Of a stretch of 64,000 bases of DNA, positions 48,061 through 55,202 are shown piece by piece (within the stretch, counting starts at the first letter, position 1; every line of letters starts with the position of its first letter). Under the pieces are notes generated by a model. The model saw nothing but the letters and a program-made list of their open reading frames with translations, had not been told where the DNA came from and searched no databases. The translations under genes and the position numbers were made by a program. Source of the DNA: Candidatus Cloacimonadota bacterium (GTDB lineage: Bacteria > Cloacimonadota > Cloacimonadia > Cloacimonadales > PWNZ01); contig PWOA01000103.1 in the NCBI GenBank assembly GCA_003564155.1, positions 9,875 to 73,874 on the forward strand, written 5' to 3'.

Positions 48061-48765
48061 CTAATCATTACCTACGCTATAGGACCATGGATCTAATAAT
48101 TTCTGTTTAGTTTCAAGGGTCATTCTTCTGAAGGGGATAACAATTTCGGTGATACTCATAATTTCATTCTCGTACCAAAGATTGATAACCGGATCATAAT
48201 AAAATGATTTTTCGATTTTCATGTTTTTTACAAATAAAGGAGTATTCTGTAATGATAGTGTAGCATGAACAGGTGCTCCGGTTTCTACATCAATCCACAT
48301 TTTCCCTTCAAAAATCATGTCTCTTTCATTGATCGTTGTTTCCCAAACAAATTGATAAGTTGTGCACTGTTTGTCCTCGACTTCTGTAATCCCATCGAGT
48401 AATTCTAAACCAGGATTATCGTCTTCTATAGTTAATAAAATCCCAGTCTTTTCCGGTGTAATGTCTCTTGCAAGTAATTCTTCGATTCTTTCATAAACTA
48501 AAGTTGAATTTTCTTGTTGACTCTTAACATCGATTAATTCATTTATAATGTTGTTCTCATTATCCAATTTATGTGTAATTTTAACTTCAAAATCAAATAT
48601 TACGTTATTATTACGAGTATTTCTCATAACAATAAAATGTTGTGTCTCCGATGGAACCAAATTCCAGTTAGCCTTCGCTATTTCTCTGGCTTTCTCCCAT
48701 AAAGTAAGATCAGAAAGTAGTGGAGAAAAAATTGATAATAATATTAAAAATAAAACAACTTTCAT
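48061..48765 (-). CDS. secreted protein of unknown function (possibly LolA-like fold)
   Basis: It has a signal peptide (VVLFLILLSIFSPLLS). The fold guess rests only on a vague resemblance to lipoprotein-sorting-like proteins. Confidence 0.4.
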   Translation of the reverse strand: MKVVLFLILLSIFSPLLSDLTLWEKAREIAKANWNLVPSETQHFIVMRNTRNNNVIFDFEVKITHKLDNENNIINELIDVKSQQENSTLVYERIEELLARDITPEKTGILLTIEDDNPGLELLDGITEVEDKQCTTYQFVWETTINERDMIFEGKMWIDVETGAPVHATLSLQNTPLFVKNMKIEKSFYYDPVINLWYENEIMSITEIVIPFRRMTLETKQKLLDPWSYSVGND

Positions 48766-49009
48766 TCAAGTCTCCTCGTGAGTAAGTTTCTTTTATTTAT
48801 ACGTAGTCAATTATATTAAATAAAACTAAATATGAACAATGTCCCATAATAAACATCACATTTAATAGTCAACATATTTAGTATGTCATGTGATACTCCT
48901 TGACTAATTTTCTTTCTCGGAAATATTGTTACGCGTCTTACGATTGAGCATAACACCGATTATGAAAAACTGTTTCAGCTTGTATATTAAATATTGTTAG
49001 GAGATTAAT

Positions 49010-49468
49010 ATGGTAACGGAAGGATTCAAAGAATTAATTGATATGGCTATAGAACAAGAAATCGAAGCTTATAATTTCTATACTCGAGTTTCTCAATCTT
49101 TAACAGATTTCGGTTTAGTAAAAATATTTTCAGAACTGGCTGGTGAAGAACAAGGTCATAAAGCTTTATTGGAAGAAATTAAAAAAGATGTCAATTTACA
49201 TTTCAGATTTGATGAACCAAATAAAGACTATCACTTAGCAGAAAAAACTGAATTACCACCCTTGTCGATTGATATGAAACCTGCAGATGCTTTTGCTTTG
49301 GCAATGAAAAAAGAACAACAGGCAGCAGAGTTTTATCGGGAATTAGCTGTAAGAGCCAATAATCAAGAAATCAAAAGAGCATGTAATCATCTGTCAAATA
49401 TGGAATTACAACATAAACAGGAAATCGAGAATGCGTACATTGATGTTGCCTATCCTGAGTCATTTTAG
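49010..49468 (+). CDS. ferritin-like/rubrerythrin-type diiron four-helix-bundle protein (no rubredoxin domain)
   Basis: Two E...ExxH half-sites are present: EIEAYNFY...GEEQGHKALL and EQQAAEFY...MELQHKQEI. 152 aa. Confidence 0.75.
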   Translation: MVTEGFKELIDMAIEQEIEAYNFYTRVSQSLTDFGLVKIFSELAGEEQGHKALLEEIKKDVNLHFRFDEPNKDYHLAEKTELPPLSIDMKPADAFALAMKKEQQAAEFYRELAVRANNQEIKRACNHLSNMELQHKQEIENAYIDVAYPESF

Positions 49469-49498
49469 TATTTACAAATTATTAATAAAATTTAATGA

Positions 49499-49593
49499 AG
49501 AGAGGATGGGACTGGTGTTCCGGCTGGTCTGCAAAACCAGTAACGGGCGGATAAAACCGTCCGTGGCAGGTTCGATTCCTGCCCTCTCAGCCA
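49499..49593 (+). tRNA. tRNASec-like class II tRNA with GCA (Cys) anticodon
   Basis: The hand fold is as follows:
- Acceptor stem 49500-49505 pairs with 49583-49588, with A49499 opposite A49589.
- A 6-bp D stem closes a 4-nt loop.
- A 6-bp anticodon stem closes the loop CTGCAAA.
- The variable arm is 24 nt with an 8-bp stem.
- The T arm is GCAGG-TTCGATT-CCTGC, followed by G73 and an encoded CCA.
- Total length is 95 nt. Confidence 0.7.
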
Positions 49594-49646
49594 CATTTAG
49601 TTGTTTATTCAATTAACGAAAAATATCAAATAATATCGGAGGAAAG

Positions 49647-50057
49647 ATGAAAGTTGCCCCATATACTGATTCGGGTTTACAAGATGTAAATGTTGAAGGT
49701 GCAAAAAAAACGAAAATTAGGTGGTTGATATCAGATAAAGATAATGCCCCAAACTTTGCTATGCGAATGTTTGAAGTAAGTCCGGGAGGTTTCACTCCTT
49801 ATCATTCACATAGTTTTGAGCATGAAGTATTTGTCGTTGATGGAGAAGGTGTATTTGTAACAGCAGAGAAAGAATATCCCTTCAAAGCAGGTGATGTGAT
49901 ATTTGCTGATCCGGATCTTGAGCATCAATTCAGAAATACAGGCAAAAACACACTTAAATTCCTGTGTTCAGTTCCGTTAGAAAAGCCTAAGAAGGAAGAA
50001 GAATTACCATACAAAACAATTAATCCTTTTGCTTCAGGTAAAGCTAACAATTGTTGA
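49647..50057 (+). CDS. cupin-domain protein
   Basis: The cupin motifs are GGFTPYHSHSFEHEVFVVDGEG and GDVIFADPDLEHQFRNTG. GGAGG lies 5 nt upstream. Confidence 0.75.
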   Translation: MKVAPYTDSGLQDVNVEGAKKTKIRWLISDKDNAPNFAMRMFEVSPGGFTPYHSHSFEHEVFVVDGEGVFVTAEKEYPFKAGDVIFADPDLEHQFRNTGKNTLKFLCSVPLEKPKKEEELPYKTINPFASGKANNC

Positions 50058-50357
50058 TAATCTATTGTTTACTGTGCCAGATATTATCAGTTAAAGTATT
50101 ACTAATGCTCAAAACATAAAATGTTAGATTATATATAGCTTTCATGATCTAAACTAAAGTTAACAAACATTAAGTCAAAGAGAACTTGAAGATTCATTCA
50201 CTTACTGCGAGCGAATTTAATTTTTGTAACTAATTAAAACTGGAATTTAATGATGTCACGCTAACTATACCGTACACCAGTTAAAATGTAACAACAGATT
50301 AGTTAATTTTCTTCTCTTTGCTATTAATAACAAACATAAAAAATTAAGGAGATATTG

Positions 50358-51419
50358 ATGGAAACAGGATTCAAAAAGTTTTTCACCACTTTGGTAGAAA
50401 CCCCTAGTCCTTCTGGATATGAACAAAAAGCACAAAAAGTATATAGAGATTTTGTTTCAAAGTATGCCGATGATGTTAAAACGGATGTCCATGGTAATGT
50501 AATTGCCTTTAAAAAAGGAACTGGCAAATTAAAAGTTATGGTAAGTGGGCATGTGGATGAAATTGGTTTTATGATCAACTATATCGATAATGACGGATAT
50601 CTTTACGTAAAAATCATAGGTGGATTAGATACGTCCTTGTTACCCGGTCTGAGAGTTAATATATATAATAAGAAGGGAATTGTACGCGGAGTATTCGGAA
50701 AAATACCAATTCATATTATGTCACCGGAAAGTAAGAATCAGATGCCCAAAATATATGATTTGTGGATAGATATCGGTGCTAAGGATAAAAAAGATGCTGA
50801 AAAAAGAGTATCCGTTGGAGATGTCGTCACTTTTTCACCAGGTTTAGAAGATTTAAGTAATGATTTGGTTACTACTAAAGCAACAGATAATAAAGTCGGT
50901 GTATTTGTAGCTGCAACTATTTTACATCACCTTTCGAAAGAAAAAGTCGCTGCTAATGTTTATTCTGTATCTTCTGTACAAGAAGAAGTTGGACTACGGG
51001 GGGCAAGAACAAGTTCTTATGGAATTGATCCTGACGTAGGAATTGCGATAGATGTAACAGTTGCATCTGACCATCCCGGTACCGACAAAAAACGATTAGG
51101 AGATATTTGTGTCGGCAAAGGACCGGTATTAGCGGTAGGTCCAAATATTAATCCTAAAGTTTTTGAACTGTTAAATAAAGCAGCTAAAAACAAAAAAATC
51201 AAAGTTCAGCTCGATATTGAAGCACGAATTACGGGAACGGATGCTAATGCTATTCAAGTTTCACGTTCTGGAGTAGCTACCGGATTGATATCAGTTGCGA
51301 ATCGCTATATGCACTCTCCAAACGAAATAATATCCTTGAAAGATTTGTCCGAGGCAAGTATATTATTAACTGAATTTATTAGAATTCTTGATGATAGTAC
51401 AGACTTTATCCCTAAATAG
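50358..51419 (+). CDS. M42-family metallo-aminopeptidase (FrvX/YsdC/PepA-like)
   Basis: Motifs are SPSGYE, MVSGHVDEIGF, TKATDNKVG, VQEEVGLRGA and RYMHSP. AAGGAG lies 6 nt before the ATG at 50358. Confidence 0.9.
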   Translation: METGFKKFFTTLVETPSPSGYEQKAQKVYRDFVSKYADDVKTDVHGNVIAFKKGTGKLKVMVSGHVDEIGFMINYIDNDGYLYVKIIGGLDTSLLPGLRVNIYNKKGIVRGVFGKIPIHIMSPESKNQMPKIYDLWIDIGAKDKKDAEKRVSVGDVVTFSPGLEDLSNDLVTTKATDNKVGVFVAATILHHLSKEKVAANVYSVSSVQEEVGLRGARTSSYGIDPDVGIAIDVTVASDHPGTDKKRLGDICVGKGPVLAVGPNINPKVFELLNKAAKNKKIKVQLDIEARITGTDANAIQVSRSGVATGLISVANRYMHSPNEIISLKDLSEASILLTEFIRILDDSTDFIPK

Positions 51420-51494
51420 ACAGACAACATCGGCAAGGATGATACCAATAAAAGGGCGTCTTTTCATAACAAGTTTTAGCTTAGGAGAATTCAG

Positions 51495-52265
51495 ATGATA
51501 ACAGTAGAAATGCTTACAAAAAAATTCCAAAAGAAGAATGGCGAAGAGTTTAGAGCTGTGGATAATTTTTCGTTTAAAGCTAATGCTGGACAGATAGTTT
51601 CACTGTTAGGAGTTAATGGTGCTGGGAAAACTACTATGTTGAGAATTCTTTCTACTGTATTAAAACCTGATCATGGAGATGCCCTTTTAGATGGTTTCAG
51701 TATAATCAACCAACCGGAAAAAGTACGAGCTTCTATTGGTTTTTTATCAGGCGATACCGGCCTATATAGTAGGTTGACTCCCAGAGAAATAATTACTTAT
51801 TTCGGCAGGTTGTATGAAGTTCCGGGTCAACTTATTAAAGAGAGAATACATCAAATGTCGGACTTATTAGATATGCATGATTTTCTTGATAGAAAAGTTG
51901 ACTTTCTCTCTACCGGTATGAAACAGAAAGTTTCAATTTGCAGATCTATTATCCATAATCCTTCAATAATGGTTTTTGATGAACCCACTTCAGGACTTGA
52001 TATTCTGACCGCTCGTACTATAGTATCTTTTATTCATAGATGTAAAAATGAAGGCAAATGTATTCTCTTTTCGACTCATATTATGCGTGAAGCAGAGCGT
52101 ATTGCTGATAGGATCGAAATGATCCATGAAGGACGACTTCTCACTGAGGGTTCTTTACAGAAGTTAAGAGAAGAATCCGGTTATCTGGATTTAGATGAGA
52201 TATTTATTCATTTTGTTAATAAATATAAAGGAATAAGTGATAAGGTAACTGAAGATGAGTATTAA
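51495..52265 (+). CDS. ABC transporter ATP-binding protein (NatA/ABC-2 type)
   Basis: Walker A GVNGAGKTT, signature LSTGMKQKVSICR and Walker B MVFDEPTSGLD. It overlaps the downstream permease gene by 11 nt. Confidence 0.88.
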   Translation: MITVEMLTKKFQKKNGEEFRAVDNFSFKANAGQIVSLLGVNGAGKTTMLRILSTVLKPDHGDALLDGFSIINQPEKVRASIGFLSGDTGLYSRLTPREIITYFGRLYEVPGQLIKERIHQMSDLLDMHDFLDRKVDFLSTGMKQKVSICRSIIHNPSIMVFDEPTSGLDILTARTIVSFIHRCKNEGKCILFSTHIMREAERIADRIEMIHEGRLLTEGSLQKLREESGYLDLDEIFIHFVNKYKGISDKVTEDEY

Positions 52266-54273
52266 AAAAATCATAATCGTATTCCGTAAAGAGTTGTTAG
52301 ATTTATTCCGTGATAAAAGAACAATAATAACATCCATAGTCGTACCAATTATTCTGTATCCTTTGATGATGATTGGTTTTAACAGCTTAATGATCAGACA
52401 GACGATTAAGCTGCAAGAGCAACAAGTAATTATATACGTCAACGATGAAGCTGATAATATCTATTCTCACCAAATTATTGAAGAGTTTTATGAAAGAGAA
52501 CAGATTCAATTGTATCAAAGTACAAATCATTATCAGGAACTTTTTAATGATAGAATCATACAAGCTATTGTTAATATTGAACATGTGGCAGGTGATAATG
52601 GTTATCCTTACCTTGATATTTCAATTACATATAATAGTGTAGACGAGAATAGCCAGCAAGCCTTTTCTAATGTGTATAGGGCATTACAAGATATTGAACA
52701 TGACTTGATTAAAGGTCGTTTACAAGGTGTAAAAATTTCTGAAGATATTCTAAAAGTTTTTGATGTTCGTGATGATGATAAAGCTTCGGAATCACAAGCA
52801 TTAGGGTTAATATTATCCAAAATACTTCCTTATTTTCTCATACTTATCTCTATTAGTGGTTGTGCTGTAGCAGCTGTAGATTTAGTTGCCGGTGAAAAAG
52901 AACGTAAAACTTTAGAGACAATCTTAGTTAGCGCTGCTTTGAGAACTGAATTAGTTATCGGAAAATATCTTGCCGTTATTACGATATCCCTGATAACGAT
53001 TGTTTTGAATTTAGCTAGTATCTTTTTTTCCTTTAGGCATATTATGTCACAAGCTGCAGCAGAAGCTGTTGTAATTGAAATTCCGGTAGCGAATATATTA
53101 TATATTTTTATCTTGATGTTTCCAATGATCATCTTTTTTGCATCTTTGCTTCTTTCACTTTCCACTTATTCGCGAAATATGAAGGAAGGATACAGCTATA
53201 CTCAGCCTATAATGATTGTAGCAATGCTTTTTTCACTTATCAGTACTCTTCCAGCCATTGAGAACTCTTTTATGTTATCATTGATTCCTATTATTAATGT
53301 TTCCTTAAATATAAGAGACATTTTAATCGGTGATATCAACTATTATCTCTTTATGACAACCTTTATTTCCACTTTAGTTTTAGTTGTACTGGGTATCTTT
53401 CTTTCCATTAAATTGTTTACAAATGAATCGGTGCTGTTTAGAACTTCCGAAGAAGGTTCCATGTTTAAGAATAATAAAGATGGTAAATGGGCATTAAATC
53501 CAAATTTTGCAATTCTTTTTTTCCTGTTAATTTTGATGCTATTTTATTATCTTGGAATTAGTTGGCAAATTCAAGATATCGAAACAGGTCTAATTAAAAC
53601 TCTTGTACTTCTTGTGCTAATGCCAACCCTTATCCTTCTTAAGTTAGGAAAACTTAGTTTTAAAAAGGTTTTAAGACTTAATCCTACGAATCCATTAAAT
53701 TTCATAATTATTATTGCTGCAACTCTCCCATTATTTATTCTGGTAACCTTGCTTGGTCAACTGATTAATATCGTATTCCCAATCCCTGCGGAGCACATCG
53801 AAGCATTTCAAAATATCTTTTTCTTAGAAGGAAGGACTTATTGGTACCTCCTATTTCTAATTGCTTTTTTACCTGGTATTTGTGAAGAAGTAATGTTTCG
53901 GGGCTATTTTATTAAAGTATTTGAAAAAAAAGGCATCACGCAAGCTATCATTATTTCAGCTGTCTTATTTGGAATCTTACATTTGGATATTTATAGACTT
54001 ATCCCGATAACAATTCTTGGTATCTGGATGGGCTATATAGTTATAAAAACAAACAGTCTTTACATACCCATTGTTGCTCACATAGCTAACAATGCTCTTG
54101 CTATTTCCATTGCTAAATATGGAGATAAAATGCCCGGAATTGAATACTTTATTATTGATGATAATCTAGCTTGGTGGTTAGCTATTCCATCTTTAATAAT
54201 ACTGATTATTCTGATTAAACAATTTCAAAAAGTCAATGATCCTAAAGATCATAATAACGTATTGAGTCCCTAA
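52255..54273 (+). CDS. NatB-like ABC-2 permease fused to a C-terminal CPBP (CAAX) family intramembrane glutamic protease
   Basis: The N-terminal ~400 aa resemble NatB, with a large extracytoplasmic loop after TM1 and an ABC-2 membrane domain. The C-terminal ~250 aa carry the CPBP motifs EEVMFRGY, FGILH and HIANN. Confidence 0.8.
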   Translation: MSIKKIIIVFRKELLDLFRDKRTIITSIVVPIILYPLMMIGFNSLMIRQTIKLQEQQVIIYVNDEADNIYSHQIIEEFYEREQIQLYQSTNHYQELFNDRIIQAIVNIEHVAGDNGYPYLDISITYNSVDENSQQAFSNVYRALQDIEHDLIKGRLQGVKISEDILKVFDVRDDDKASESQALGLILSKILPYFLILISISGCAVAAVDLVAGEKERKTLETILVSAALRTELVIGKYLAVITISLITIVLNLASIFFSFRHIMSQAAAEAVVIEIPVANILYIFILMFPMIIFFASLLLSLSTYSRNMKEGYSYTQPIMIVAMLFSLISTLPAIENSFMLSLIPIINVSLNIRDILIGDINYYLFMTTFISTLVLVVLGIFLSIKLFTNESVLFRTSEEGSMFKNNKDGKWALNPNFAILFFLLILMLFYYLGISWQIQDIETGLIKTLVLLVLMPTLILLKLGKLSFKKVLRLNPTNPLNFIIIIAATLPLFILVTLLGQLINIVFPIPAEHIEAFQNIFFLEGRTYWYLLFLIAFLPGICEEVMFRGYFIKVFEKKGITQAIIISAVLFGILHLDIYRLIPITILGIWMGYIVIKTNSLYIPIVAHIANNALAISIAKYGDKMPGIEYFIIDDNLAWWLAIPSLIILIILIKQFQKVNDPKDHNNVLSP

Positions 54274-54298
54274 AGAGGCTTTTCGTATTTATAATGAA

Positions 54299-55093
54299 TT
54301 GTCAACAATGTCGATATATGTTACCCAAGGAATAATCTTAAAACGTAAGATTTACCGGGAAACCAGTGTCTTATTTCACTGTTTAAGTGAACAATTTGGC
54401 AACATAACTGTCATCGCTGCAGGTAGTTATAAAGAAAAAAGTCATTTTACAGGATTTTTAGAACCATTTAACCTACTAAACTTGGAACTTTATAAAAACA
54501 CCAAATCCGAAATATATAATCTCCGTAATGCAGGATTAATTGAGACCTATCTTAATCATTTAGAATATCAGAAATCGTTAATGATATATGCTGCAGGAGA
54601 ACTAATGCTACAAATCGATTCCCCACAAGACGATGGACCGGATTTGTTTAAATTATTAATTACTTATTGTCACTACGTAAACAGCAGTGAATTTCACCCC
54701 TATTATATATTTTTACGATATATTCTAAGGTTATTTACCATGATGGGAATACCTATCGAACAAAATTGTATTCAGTGCGGTAACGAGAGGATAATTAACT
54801 ATGATTTAAATAAAAATGGGTTTATATGCCATAGGTGTTTAAAAAAAACAAACATCAAATCTGAGCCCTTATCCTCAGTAGCCGAAAGTCGATCCGGTTA
54901 TAATGAATATGAAACTAATATCGAGTTATCACCAGAGACCTCTTATACTCTAAGAAATATTAATAATTTAAACGTATTATTAGATTACCCATTACAGAAG
55001 TCGACTATCCGAGAAACTAAGGCTATTATATTGATGCATTTAGTGACATTATTTCATAAACAATTTCATCTTAATAGTCTGAGAGATATATAG
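54299..55093 (+). CDS. recO: DNA repair protein RecO
   Basis: An OB-fold N-terminus (GIILKRKIYRETSVLFHCLSEQFG) is followed by a Cys4 zinc motif (CIQCGN...FICHRC). The true start may be the ATG at 54308. Confidence 0.8.
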   Translation: MSTMSIYVTQGIILKRKIYRETSVLFHCLSEQFGNITVIAAGSYKEKSHFTGFLEPFNLLNLELYKNTKSEIYNLRNAGLIETYLNHLEYQKSLMIYAAGELMLQIDSPQDDGPDLFKLLITYCHYVNSSEFHPYYIFLRYILRLFTMMGIPIEQNCIQCGNERIINYDLNKNGFICHRCLKKTNIKSEPLSSVAESRSGYNEYETNIELSPETSYTLRNINNLNVLLDYPLQKSTIRETKAIILMHLVTLFHKQFHLNSLRDI

Positions 55094-55202
55094 TTAGACT
55101 TAGCATATTCAAGTCAGTTAAAGTTTTTCCTGGTTTTACATTTTTTAGATGTCGGTATATTAAAATTAATCAAACCTAAAGTCATTCATTAGGATATTCG
55201 GT

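Noticed and set aside
49499-49593. Alternative readings of the long-arm tRNA as tRNA-Ser, Leu or Tyr, as canonical tRNASec(UCA), or with 8/5 or 8/4 acceptor/T geometry.
   Set aside because: The only 7-nt anticodon loop closed by a Watson-Crick pair gives GCA. Forcing an 8-bp acceptor stem introduces A-C and A-A/A-G mismatches or loses the discriminator and CCA. Hence the 7/5 Sec-like fold with caveats is reported instead.
49431-49616. A 61-aa plus-strand ORF (MRTLMLPILSHF...).
   Set aside because: It reads straight through the 95-nt tRNA-like gene and overlaps the end of the rubrerythrin-like gene. The tRNA fold explains the sequence far better.
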